A stretch of DNA of 64,000 bases from Vicinamibacteria bacterium (GTDB lineage: Bacteria > Acidobacteriota > Vicinamibacteria > Marinacidobacterales > Marinacidobacteraceae). The notes beneath the pieces are model-generated. The model ran no database searches, was not told the DNA's origin, and was given only the letters and a program-made list of their open reading frames with translations. The stretch spans positions 2,240,001 through 2,304,000 of the forward strand of contig OY821641.1 of NCBI GenBank assembly GCA_963555995.3. Reading direction: 5' to 3'. How positions within the stretch are numbered: position 1 is the stretch's first letter; every line of letters begins with the position of its first letter. Made by a program: the position numbers and the translations under genes. Shown here in pieces: positions 50,401-58,653 of this stretch.

Positions 50401-50817
50401 ATCCACGGGGCGGCGGCCGAGGCCGGCCGGGTCCGGGAGCGGCTGCGGTACCTGCGGGCGGCGCTGAACGAGACCCCACGCGCCGGGGAGGCGCTCTTCG
50501 GGCGGATGGACACCATCCTGCGGACGCTCTCCGATCTCGAAGTCCGGCTGAACGGCGACCCGGCGCGGCAGTCGCGCAACCACCCGGCCGCGCCCTCCAT
50601 CCGCGGCCGGGCCGGCGGGGTCGCCGGCGGCCACTGGGACACCCGGCAGACGCCCACTCGGACCCAGCGCGAGAGCCTCCGCATCGCCGGGGAGGAGTTC
50701 GGCGTCCTGCGGGGCGAATTGCGGGCGCTGGTGGACGAGGACCTGGCCCAACTCGAAGCCGACCTCGAGGCCGCCGGCGCCCCCTGGACGCCGGGGAGGA
50801 AGATCCCGGGACGTTAG
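47494..50817 (+). CDS. Exported BNR/Asp-box (VPS10-like) glycosyl hydrolase-like protein
   Basis: R.IGPA.MGGRI.DI, many S.D.G.TW Asp boxes, ATFGRG, NPP.GA. Confidence 0.9.
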   Translation: MFPTTADTHWRLPRIRPGRTAVLVASLLLAAAPGTAQTPDADAGSIAEAIGGLKLRGIGPALMGGRIADIAVHPERRSTWYVVVGSGGLWKTENGGATWKPIFDEYPSYSLGTVALDPSSPEVVWLGTGENVSGRHVGWGDGVYRSRNGGATWEAVGLAGSQHIGRILVDPRDGDTVLVAAEGPLWNGGGERGVYRTEDGGATWTRTLDLGPDTGVTDLEFAPGDPDTVYAAAYQRRRHVWSFLAGGPGSGIHKSEDGGRTFRKITAGLPTGDVGKIGLAVTPADPRLVYATIEADEEERGFYRSLDRGESWERRNPYLSGGTGPHYYQEIEASPTDPDLVYQMDVFFHVTRDGGKTFDYLGTGREKHSDNHALWIDPDDPGHLLGGTDAGLYETYDEGVTWRHFPNLPVSQFYKVALSNGAPFYDVLGGAQDLGTVHGPSRTLNLEGVRNRDWYVPLGADGYGVEIDPRDENVLYLMTQQGNLYRADRRSDEVLHIGPVAAPGDPPERWNWDSPIFISPHNPDRLYFGSQRVWRSEDRGQSWTAVSGDLTTGRNRYELPFYDRIWSVDALHDTNAMSRYATLTGMSESPVAEGVLFAGSDDGLVHVSGDGGANWTRAAALPGLPALSFFNDIEASQHDADTVFVVADNHKMGDFRTYLFRSRDRGASWESIAGDLPDGTIVWAIQQDHEDPDLLFLGAEYGMHVSWNGGTNWVKLEGAPTISFRDLKVQRRDDDLVGATFGRGFYVLDDYAPLRGMADAVGAGESVLFPLRDAWWYVPSVPAQAPGRPTQGSTAFVADNPPFGAVFTYYLAEDLKTAREERRESEKETREEGGDVAFPGFDTLRIEELEADPAVFVVIRDADGEPVRRIAGPAAKGVHRVAWDLRGPAPNPVNLTTPGFSPPWVRPPQGPLAAPGEYQAQLVAVTRDGARSLGEPQRFGVKPVPNLPEGVDPAAVAAFQAETAALLRQIHGAAAEAGRVRERLRYLRAALNETPRAGEALFGRMDTILRTLSDLEVRLNGDPARQSRNHPAAPSIRGRAGGVAGGHWDTRQTPTRTQRESLRIAGEEFGVLRGELRALVDEDLAQLEADLEAAGAPWTPGRKIPGR

Positions 50818-50831
50818 GGAGCACCCGCCCC

Positions 50832-50876
50832 GGGAGCGCCGGTCTTCAGACCGGCACAGCGGGCCGCAGGCCCGCG
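50832..50876 (+). repeat. Single REP plus GCA-loop hairpin
   Basis: GGGAGCGCCGGTCTTCAGACCGGCAC-AGCGGGCCGCAGGCCCGC. Confidence 0.8.
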
Positions 50877-50918
50877 GAGATGTTCCGGAACCCCACTCCG
50901 GCCGCAGGAGCCACGCTA

Positions 50919-50935
50919 TGAATGATTATCATTCA
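50919..50935. promoter_or_regulatory. Perfect 8-1-8 palindrome (operator-like)
   Basis: TGAATGAT-T-ATCATTCA immediately before the ATPase start. Confidence 0.6.
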
Positions 50936-50939
50936 CGAC

Positions 50940-52172
50940 GTGACTCACCACGAGAACGTCCCCCGCCTGGCGGCGGACCGCGTCCGCCGGGTGCTCTCCA
51001 ACATGCCGGTCACGGTACTCACCGGAGCCCGGCAGACGGGCAAGAGCACGCTCGCCCAGGAAATCGGCGGCCCGGCCCGCCGCTATCGCTCGCTGGACGA
51101 CTTCGACACGCTCGACGCCGCCCGGCGTGACCCGGCTTCGCTGCTCGGCGGCCCGGACGCGGTCACCCTCGACGAGGTGCAGCGCGCGCCCGATCTGCTG
51201 CTCGCGGTCAAGCGGGCCGTGGACCGGGAACGGCGGCCGGGACGCTTCCTGCTCACCGGATCGGCGGACCTGCTGTTGATGCGCCAGGTCTCGGAGTCGC
51301 TCGCCGGGCGCGCCGGCTACGTGACGCTCCACCCGCTGACGCGGCGCGAAATCGAAGGACGGGGGCGCTGCGGCATCTGGGAAGAACTCCTGAACACGCC
51401 GGAGGAAGCGTGGCGCGACCTGGTGGCCGCGGGGCCGGAACGTCCGCTGGACTGGCGCGGGTTCGCGCGGCGGGGGGGCTTTCCGCTGCCCGCCCTCCAT
51501 CTCGAATCCGCGGAGGCGCGGGCCGACTGGTTCGAGGGGTATCAGCGGACGTATCTCGAACGGGACCTGCGGGCGCTCGCCCAGATCACCGCCCTTCCCG
51601 ATTTCCGGCGGTTGATGCGCCTGGGCGCGCTGCGGCTCGGCCAGCTCGTCAACCAGACCGGGCTCGGCCGGGACGCCGCCCTGTCGCAGCCGACCGTGCG
51701 GCGCTGGCTGAACCTGCTGGAGACCTCGTACCTCATCGTCCCCGTCCCCCCGTACAGCGTCAACCGGACCAAACGGCTGATCAAGTCGCCGAAGCTCTAC
51801 TGGTGCGATACCGCATTCGCGCTCGACCTGGGCGGCGGCGAACCGACCGGCGCCCACCTGGAGAACATCGTGCTGAGCGACCTGATCGCCTGGCGCGACG
51901 GCCGGCCGGCCGGCCGGGGGCGTGCGGAGGTGTTCTGGTGGCGCACGACGCTCGGCGAGGAGGTGGACTTCGTGGTGGAGTTCGGCGACCGGCTGCTCCC
52001 CATCGAGGTCAAGGCCACCGCCACGCCTCGCCTGCGGGATACGGCCGGACTTCGGGTGTTCCAGGCGGAGTACGGAGCGTCTTCGAGACCCGGGCTGCTG
52101 CTGCACGCGGGCCGCGAAACCTCCTGGATCGCCTCGGGAGTGCTCGCCGCCCCCTGGTGGCGGGTGCTGTAG
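50940..52172 (+). CDS. AAA_14 ATPase with DUF4143 domain
   Basis: GARQTGKST, LDEVQ, LTGS, GGFP, YLERD, KSPKLY..D, EVDF, IEVK. Confidence 0.92.
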   Translation: MTHHENVPRLAADRVRRVLSNMPVTVLTGARQTGKSTLAQEIGGPARRYRSLDDFDTLDAARRDPASLLGGPDAVTLDEVQRAPDLLLAVKRAVDRERRPGRFLLTGSADLLLMRQVSESLAGRAGYVTLHPLTRREIEGRGRCGIWEELLNTPEEAWRDLVAAGPERPLDWRGFARRGGFPLPALHLESAEARADWFEGYQRTYLERDLRALAQITALPDFRRLMRLGALRLGQLVNQTGLGRDAALSQPTVRRWLNLLETSYLIVPVPPYSVNRTKRLIKSPKLYWCDTAFALDLGGGEPTGAHLENIVLSDLIAWRDGRPAGRGRAEVFWWRTTLGEEVDFVVEFGDRLLPIEVKATATPRLRDTAGLRVFQAEYGASSRPGLLLHAGRETSWIASGVLAAPWWRVL

Positions 52173-52227
52173 GGCGCGCGCCGCACCGGTGCGGCGCTCC
52201 GGGCCGCGCGCCGCCCGGAGGTCGGCC

Positions 52228-52703
52228 CTACAGGTCCGACCAGCGGTGGATCGCGAAGCCCTGGTGGACGTAGGACGAGTCCCCGCCGTAGGCGAGGGCC
52301 GCCGGCGCCTCGGGATCGCCGAGCCGTTCCCGCCAGGTGCGGAGCCCCTTGAGCGCGTCGGCGGTCATCGTCTGGCCGGACTTGGCCTCGACGGCGAGGA
52401 GCCGGTCCCCGTTCCCGATCACGAAGTCCACTTCGTGGCCGGCCGCCTCGCGCCAGAACCAGAGGTCGGCCTCCCGGCGGGCGTGGCGGCGCGCCTTCAG
52501 CAGCTCGGCGAACACGAACGCCTCGAAGACGGCGCCCCGCGCGTAGTGCCCCCAGAGTTCCCCCGGTGAGCGGATGCCGAGCAGGTAGGCGAGGAGGCCG
52601 GTGTCGAGGTGGTCTTCCCCGACTGGCGCGGGCCGGTCACGGTGACCACCGGCATTTCCCGCGCGGCGCGGACGAGTTCGGGTTCGAGATGACGCGGGAT
52701 CAT
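52228..52703 (-). pseudogene. AAA_14/DUF4143 ATPase with large internal deletion
   Basis: MIPRHLE...GPRQSGKTT joined out of frame to DTGLLAYLL...EVDF...VEAK. Confidence 0.85.
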
Positions 52704-52704
52704 G

Positions 52705-52738
52705 TGCACAATCTGAACATCAAAAGTTGGATTTTGCA
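52705..52738. promoter_or_regulatory. Imperfect inverted repeat upstream of the pseudogene
   Basis: TGCACAATCTGAAC...GTTGGATTTTGCA. Confidence 0.45.
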
Positions 52739-52831
52739 GGATCACGGAACGGCAGGAGCGCCGGTGTTCACCAGTCACTGCGAAGATGCAGTTCGCCGGG
52801 ACGTCAACCAGCGCGAGTGGCGCCGCCGGCC

Positions 52832-53160
52832 GGGAGCGCCGGTCTTCAGACCGGCACAGCGGGCCGCAGGCCCGCGGACGTCGTGCCGCGGTTCACGGTG
52901 ATGAACCGAGAACAGAAAACCATCCCGCCGGTCAGCGCCGTGCGCTGCGCTGCTGCGCAGCGCGTGCCGGTCTGAAGACCGGCGCTCCCAGGCGGTCCGC
53001 GTCGGAGCGCCAGCCTCCGGCTGGCATCGCGCGGGAGCGCGAAACGTGCGCTGATGGCGCTCCTCTCCGTGAACGTGGGGCCACGCCAGGTGGGTGGTGG
53101 GTGGTTGTGCGCGTTTCGCTCCCCTGCGGGGAGCGATGCCGGCCGGAGGCCGGCGCTCCG
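52832..53160. repeat. Two adjacent REPIN-like elements (52832-52989 and 53003-53160)
   Basis: Each bounded by inverted REP palindromes of a different stem variant. Confidence 0.85.
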
Positions 53161-53164
53161 AGCC

Positions 53165-53320
53165 CTAGCGCTGGGTGTCGATCCAGCGGCGGATGACGGT
53201 GTCGAGGACCGGGAGCGTGACCGGGCCGTTCAGCAGCACCGCGTCGTGGAAGGCGCGGATGTCGAACCGGTCGCCGAGTTCGGCCTCGGCGAGGGCGCGC
53301 AGTTCCCGGATCTTCAGCTC
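53165..53320 (-). pseudogene. C-terminal fragment of a DUF885-family protein
   Basis: ELKIRELR..AE.ELGDRFDIRAFHDAVL.NGPV.L.VL....RWI*. Confidence 0.8.
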
Positions 53321-53390
53321 CTGACTTTGTCGGTTTTGGATCGTAAGTCGTTGATATAACGAGACAGATTCGGCTCGGCTTCACTACAAA
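53320..53390 (-). mobile_element. Possible orphan IS end (resembles IS1634-family right ends)
   Basis: AT-rich TGTAGTG...TATCAACGACTTA...ACAAAGTCAGG abutting the truncated gene; family assignment from memory only. Confidence 0.4.
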
Positions 53391-53481
53391 GGCCTCGACT
53401 GAGCGCGTTTGGGGACGCTCAGTTCGAGGGGACCAAGGCCGTCTGCTGGGGGAGTCGGAGGCCGCGATGCTACCGAAGCCT

Positions 53482-53644
53482 GGGAGCGCCGGTCTTCAGG
53501 CCGGCACAGCGGGCCGAAGGCCCGCGGATGTCGTGTTGCAGTTCGCGGTGATGAACCAGGAGCGGAAGGCCGCCGCGTAGGGGAGCGTCGTGCCGGGCGC
53601 TGCGCGGTGGCGCAGCGCGTGCCGGTCTGAAGACCGGCGGTCCC
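53482..53644. repeat. REPIN-like element, 163-bp class
   Basis: Inverted REP ends; body homologous to 33226 (inverted) and 19538. Confidence 0.85.
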
Positions 53645-53758
53645 AACCAGCGGCGCAATGTGCGCGGGTTGACCTTTCGCCCAGACGGCATTTCTGGCGG
53701 CGGAGGTGCGCGTCCCCTTTGAGTGCCCCCCGATACACTGGCGGATCGAGGTGGCGTG

Positions 53759-55453
53759 ATGCGCAGGACCAACCGGAACGAACACGCTCGCAGGCGGTTC
53801 CTCGGCTACTTCTCGGGGGCCGGGCTGGGCGCCACGCTCTTTCCCGGCGTGCTCTGGGCGCGGATGCAGGAGGCCGGCGGCGGGGGTCTGACCGTCGGGA
53901 TGATGAAGGAGGCGGCGGCGCTCGCCGGGCTCGAGTTCACCGACGAGGAATACGAGCTGATGGTGGACGAGGTCGAGAAGAACTTCGGCCACTACCAGGA
54001 GATGCGGCAGCGGCGCATTGACAACGCGGTGCCGTCGCCCCTCTATTTCAACCCCGCCGTCCCGGGGATGACGTTCGACCGCTTCGAACGGGAGATGCGC
54101 CGGGGGGCGGCGCCCGAGGTGTCGCGCCCGGCGGACCTCGAAGAGGCCGCGTTCTGGCCGCTGACCCAGCTAGCCCGGCTGGTCGAGACGCGGCAGGTGA
54201 GCTCCGCCGAGTTGACCGAGATGTACCTGGCGCGGCTCGAGCGGCTGAACCCCGTCCTCAACTGCGTCGTGAACCTGACCCCGGACCGGGCGCGACAGCA
54301 GGCGCGGGAGGCGGACGCGGAGATCGCCGCCGGCAACTACCGCGGCCCGCTCCACGGCATCCCCTGGGGCGCGAAGGACATCATCGCGGTGCGCGGCTAC
54401 CCGACCACCTGGGGCGCCGGCGTCTTCAAGAACCAGGTCATTGATACGGACGCCGCCGTCGTGGAACGGCTGGACGCGGCGGGCGCGGTGCTGGTCGCCA
54501 AGCTCACCACCGGGGAACTGGCGTTCGGCCACAACTGGTTCGGCGGGCGCACGAACAACCCGTGGAACCCCGAGGAAGGCTCCAGCGGGTCGTCCGCCGG
54601 CTCGGGATCGGCGGCGGGCGGCGGCCTCGTGGGGTTCGCGATCGGCACCGACACCGGCGGGTCCATCCTCTCGCCCTCGATCCGCTGCGGCGTCGTCGGC
54701 CTCCGCCCGACCTTCGGCCGGGTCCCCCGCACCGGGGTGATGGCCGCGGGGTTCTCGCTCGACAAGATCGGGCCGATGACGCGCGGCGTGGAGGACGGCG
54801 CGCTCATCCTGCACGCCATCGCCGGCCCCGACGGCCAGGACCTCGCCTGCGTCCAGGGGGTTCCGTTCAACTGGGACGGCGCGGCGTCCGCGAGCGGGCT
54901 GCGGCTCGGCTACTTCGCGTCGGCGTTCGAGCAGCTCGAATCGGAGAACGACCCCGAGAACCTCGAACACGCCCGCCGCACCCTCGACACCCTCCGTTCG
55001 CTCGGCTACGACCTGAAACCCGTCGAGATCCCGCGCGACCGCCTGATCTACTTCATCGAGTACGTCGAGCGCTCCACCGGTTTCGACGAGTTCAAGCGGA
55101 ACCGGCAGGACGAGAACCTGGTGCGGCAGGGGCACCGCGGCGAGCTGCGCGCGTCGCACCTGGTGCCGGCGGTCGAGTGGCTGCAGGCGAACCGCATCCG
55201 CTACCTGTTCATGGAGGAACTGGCGGGCATCATGGAAGGGCTCGACGCCGTCGTGTCCCCCTGGCGCGCGATCAACGCGCTCACCAGCATGACCGGGAAC
55301 CCGGTGGTGACGGTGCCGAACGGTTTCGACCCGGACGGGACGCCGACGGGCATCGCGCTGCTCGGACAGGTGTACGGCGAGGAGCGGCTGCTGCTCGCCG
55401 CGAAGGCGCTCCAGGACGCGACGGACTACCACACCCGCCGTCCGAATCTCTGA
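53759..55453 (+). CDS. Amidase-signature family protein with Tat-like signal
   Basis: RRRFLG; AKD, GSSGSSAGS, GTDTGGSI triad motifs. Confidence 0.92.
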   Translation: MRRTNRNEHARRRFLGYFSGAGLGATLFPGVLWARMQEAGGGGLTVGMMKEAAALAGLEFTDEEYELMVDEVEKNFGHYQEMRQRRIDNAVPSPLYFNPAVPGMTFDRFEREMRRGAAPEVSRPADLEEAAFWPLTQLARLVETRQVSSAELTEMYLARLERLNPVLNCVVNLTPDRARQQAREADAEIAAGNYRGPLHGIPWGAKDIIAVRGYPTTWGAGVFKNQVIDTDAAVVERLDAAGAVLVAKLTTGELAFGHNWFGGRTNNPWNPEEGSSGSSAGSGSAAGGGLVGFAIGTDTGGSILSPSIRCGVVGLRPTFGRVPRTGVMAAGFSLDKIGPMTRGVEDGALILHAIAGPDGQDLACVQGVPFNWDGAASASGLRLGYFASAFEQLESENDPENLEHARRTLDTLRSLGYDLKPVEIPRDRLIYFIEYVERSTGFDEFKRNRQDENLVRQGHRGELRASHLVPAVEWLQANRIRYLFMEELAGIMEGLDAVVSPWRAINALTSMTGNPVVTVPNGFDPDGTPTGIALLGQVYGEERLLLAAKALQDATDYHTRRPNL

Positions 55454-55470
55454 GGAGCGGAGTCGTTGGA

Positions 55471-56499
55471 ATGAGAGCGGCCACCCTCGCGGTTCTCCTG
55501 CTGCCGGCCGCCGCCGCTCAGGCGCAGGAACTCCCGGTGGTCAAGCTCTTCACCACCGGCGGCACGATCCAGAGCCTCGGCAAGGACCGCCTGAAGCTCA
55601 CCGAGTACCGCGAGGGGCGCATTGACGGCGCGGCGATCATCGAGGCCGTCCCGGAGGCTTCGCGTCTCGCGCGCATCGAGGTGGAAGCGATCTCGGCGGT
55701 CAGCAGCACCCGGATGGGCGCCGAGCAGGGGCTGCCGCTCGCCCGCCAGCTCGCGGAGGAGCTCGCGAGACCGGAAGTGGCGGGCGCGATCGTCACCCAC
55801 GGAACCACGACGCTCGAGGAAACGGCCTATTTCCTCCACCTCACCGTCAGGACCACGAAACCGGTGGTCGTCATCGGCTCGATGCGGCCCTGGACGGCGG
55901 TCAGCCGGGACGGGCCGCTCAACTTCCTGGGCGCCGTCCGCACCGTGCTCACCCCCGAGGCCGCCGGGAAGGGCGTCCTGGTGCTGCTCAACGACACCAT
56001 CCATTCGGCGCGCTTCGTGACCAAGCGGCACACCTACCACATCGAGACGTTCGTTTCTCCCGACGTCGGTCCCCTCGGGTTCGCCGACGCCGACCGGGTG
56101 GTGCTCTACCGCTCGCCGGTCACCCGCCACACCGCGGACACCGAGTTCGACCTCGACGGGATCGAGGAACTCCCGCAGGTGGACGTCGTCTACGGGTACC
56201 AGGAGGCTTCCCGCGCGCCGCTGGACGCGCTGGTGAAGGAGGGCGCGCGGGGGATCGTCCTGGCCGACGGCTCGCCGGCCTACCGGAACGCGGTGCTGGA
56301 GGCGCGGGCGGCGGGCGTGGTGGTGGTGCAGGGCAGCCGCAAAGGGTCCGGCCGCATGGTGCTGAGCGACCGGACCGCGGCGCGGGGCGAGATCACCGCC
56401 GACAACCTCCATCCGCAGAAGGCGCGCATCCTGCTTCGTCTCGCCCTCACCCGGACGACCGACGCCCGGGAGCTGCAGCGGATCTTCAATGAGTACTGA
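55471..56499 (+). CDS. Exported type II asparaginase/glutaminase homologue
   Basis: TGGTI, THGTTTLEETA, GSMRP, VTK motifs; signal peptide. Confidence 0.88.
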   Translation: MRAATLAVLLLPAAAAQAQELPVVKLFTTGGTIQSLGKDRLKLTEYREGRIDGAAIIEAVPEASRLARIEVEAISAVSSTRMGAEQGLPLARQLAEELARPEVAGAIVTHGTTTLEETAYFLHLTVRTTKPVVVIGSMRPWTAVSRDGPLNFLGAVRTVLTPEAAGKGVLVLLNDTIHSARFVTKRHTYHIETFVSPDVGPLGFADADRVVLYRSPVTRHTADTEFDLDGIEELPQVDVVYGYQEASRAPLDALVKEGARGIVLADGSPAYRNAVLEARAAGVVVVQGSRKGSGRMVLSDRTAARGEITADNLHPQKARILLRLALTRTTDARELQRIFNEY

Positions 56500-57583
56500 G
56501 AGGGCGTTCGCAACCGCAGCCGCGGCCCTCCTCGCCGCCGCCGCCTCGGCCGCGCAGGAGATCCCGCCGCTGCCGCCGCCGGGGATCGAGCTGCCGCACG
56601 TTGTGCTGGTGTCGGTGGGCGGAGAGATCGCCACGAACTGCGCAACGCCGCTCGAACTGGCGGGCTGCGAGTCCGCCGGGGAGACCTTCGCCCCCGAGAC
56701 CTGGACCCGCGACCTGCCGGATCTCGGGCTCGTGGCCCGGATCGCGACGGAGGATCTGCGGGCGTTTTCGCGTGCCGACGGAGGCGCGGCCCCGGAGCAC
56801 TGGCTCGGGCTCGCGAACCGTCTGCGGCAACTCGCGGAAGAGTCCGACGTGGACGGGGTGGTCGTCACGCACGGGGCGGCCGGGGTCGCGGACACGGCCT
56901 TCTTCCTGAACCTCGTGCTGCCGACCCCGAAACCGGTCGTCCTCGTCGCCGCCCAGCGTCCCTGGAGCGCGGTGAGCGGCGACGGCCCGCTCAACCTCTA
57001 CGACGCGGTCCGGGTGGCCGCGAATCCGGCCGCCGCCGGCAAGGGAGTGCTGGTGGTCGCGAACCAGGAGGTCCACGCGGCCCGGGACGCGCGGCGGACG
57101 AGCGCCTACCGCATGGACGGTTTCGGGAGCGTGGACCTCGGGCCGATCGGGGTGGCGGACCCCGACGTCGTCCGGTTCTTCACCGAGCCGACCCGCAGGC
57201 ACACCCACGGCTCGGAGTTCGACCTTGCGGCGCTTCCGGAATCGCTGCCGGCCGTTGAAATCGTCCCGGCGTATCCCGACGCGCCGGGCAGCGTGATCGC
57301 CGGACTCGTGGCCGCGGGAGCGAAGGGCATCGTGATGGACGGCGCGGCCGCCCTGTCCGGCGGCCAGCGGGAGGCGGTACGCCGCGCCCGGGCTGACGGG
57401 GTCGTGGTGGTGGCCACTTCGTCCACGCGCGGCGGCCGGGTGCAGAACACCGCCGCCCTCCGCGAACTCGGGATCATCCCCGCCGACAACCTGCCCCCGA
57501 CGAAGGCGCGCACGCTGCTCCGGCTCGCGCTCACCCGGACCTCCGACCCCACAGAGATCCGACGCTTCTTCGAGGAGTACTAG
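56489..57583 (+). CDS. Asparaginase homologue with degenerate catalytic motifs
   Basis: Same fold motifs (AQRP, DGPLNL, DNL.P.KAR) but VGGEI and HGAAG at the catalytic positions. Confidence 0.85.
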   Translation: MSTERAFATAAAALLAAAASAAQEIPPLPPPGIELPHVVLVSVGGEIATNCATPLELAGCESAGETFAPETWTRDLPDLGLVARIATEDLRAFSRADGGAAPEHWLGLANRLRQLAEESDVDGVVVTHGAAGVADTAFFLNLVLPTPKPVVLVAAQRPWSAVSGDGPLNLYDAVRVAANPAAAGKGVLVVANQEVHAARDARRTSAYRMDGFGSVDLGPIGVADPDVVRFFTEPTRRHTHGSEFDLAALPESLPAVEIVPAYPDAPGSVIAGLVAAGAKGIVMDGAAALSGGQREAVRRARADGVVVVATSSTRGGRVQNTAALRELGIIPADNLPPTKARTLLRLALTRTSDPTEIRRFFEEY

Positions 57584-57656
57584 CAGCCTGTGGTGGAACC
57601 CCCGAAAGCGGCGAAAACCAGCCGAACGGGGGCTGCATGTGAGGACACCGCCGGCC

Positions 57657-57816
57657 TGGAACGCCGGCTTCAGCCGGCACAGCGGGCCGAAGGCCCGCGG
57701 ATGTCGTGCCTCCGTTCGCAGCGTGATGGACCGCAAGCCGAACGCCATCGTGCCGGGCAGCGTCGGGCGGTCCGCTGCGCTCCGCGCAGCGGGTGCCGGC
57801 TGAAGCCGGCGCTCCA
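57657..57816. repeat. Hybrid REPIN-like element (160 bp)
   Basis: Ends of the 201-bp class around a body like the 163-bp class. Confidence 0.8.
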
Positions 57817-57907
57817 AGCCGCCGGCGCCTACCCGGTCACGACTCCGGGCGCTCGGGAAGTTTCGGAATCTCGCCGGATCGCGGCGGGCACGGATCACCA
57901 CGCGATA

Positions 57908-57948
57908 TTCCTTGAAAATCACGAAATCCAGAACGGATTTTCAAGGAA
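57908..57948. promoter_or_regulatory. Perfect 13-bp inverted repeat with 15-bp spacer
   Basis: TTCCTTGAAAATC-N15-GATTTTCAAGGAA. Confidence 0.6.
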
Positions 57949-58071
57949 AACGGCGCAACAACGCGTCAGACGAAGGGACCGAGCCGTCGGCTGTTACAGT
58001 AATAGTGTTTTCTAATACCAATTCTGGAAAGCACGGCTTCCAGACGATCAACGCATGTCGGAGTTCGACTC

Positions 58072-58653
58072 ATGACACTGTCCGAGGCGGTCCGGGTTCT
58101 CGTGCTCGGCGCGGGGCGCGCGTTCCCGGTGATTGACCGGCACGGGCTCCGCACGCTGTTCGCCGGCGACGAAGACCACGCCTTCAACACCGGGTTGCGC
58201 CGGTTGACCGAGCTCGCCCTGCTGGAGCGACTGGCCCGCGGGGTTTACCGGAACCGGGCCACGCCGCACCCGGGACGCCGGGGGCTCGGGGTGGTCGCCC
58301 GGCATCTGCGCCCCGGTCACCTGTGCTACGTGAGCTACGAATCCGCGCTCGCCGAGTTCGGCTCCATCAGCCAGGTGCCGATGGTCACCATCGTCGCCAC
58401 CACCGGGAACGGCGGGGAGCATCGCTCACCCTTCGGCGACCTGGAGTTCTGCCACACCAGCCGTTCCGAGACGGAGATCCTCGCGAACACCGTGTTCGAC
58501 GACCGGCTGGGGCTTCGCCTCGCCACTCCGGAGATCGCGTACGAGGATCTTGCCCGCGTGCGCCCGGGGAACCTCCATCTGGTGGACCCGGACATGCACG
58601 CGGAGGTGCTGGCCGAGTGGGGACGTTCGGCGGCGGGGCCGGCCCATGCGTGA
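58072..58653 (+). CDS. abiEi: Type IV TA antitoxin, AbiEi family
   Basis: LARGVY, YVSYESAL...G.ISQ.P, ATPE.A..D. Confidence 0.88.
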   Translation: MTLSEAVRVLVLGAGRAFPVIDRHGLRTLFAGDEDHAFNTGLRRLTELALLERLARGVYRNRATPHPGRRGLGVVARHLRPGHLCYVSYESALAEFGSISQVPMVTIVATTGNGGEHRSPFGDLEFCHTSRSETEILANTVFDDRLGLRLATPEIAYEDLARVRPGNLHLVDPDMHAEVLAEWGRSAAGPAHA

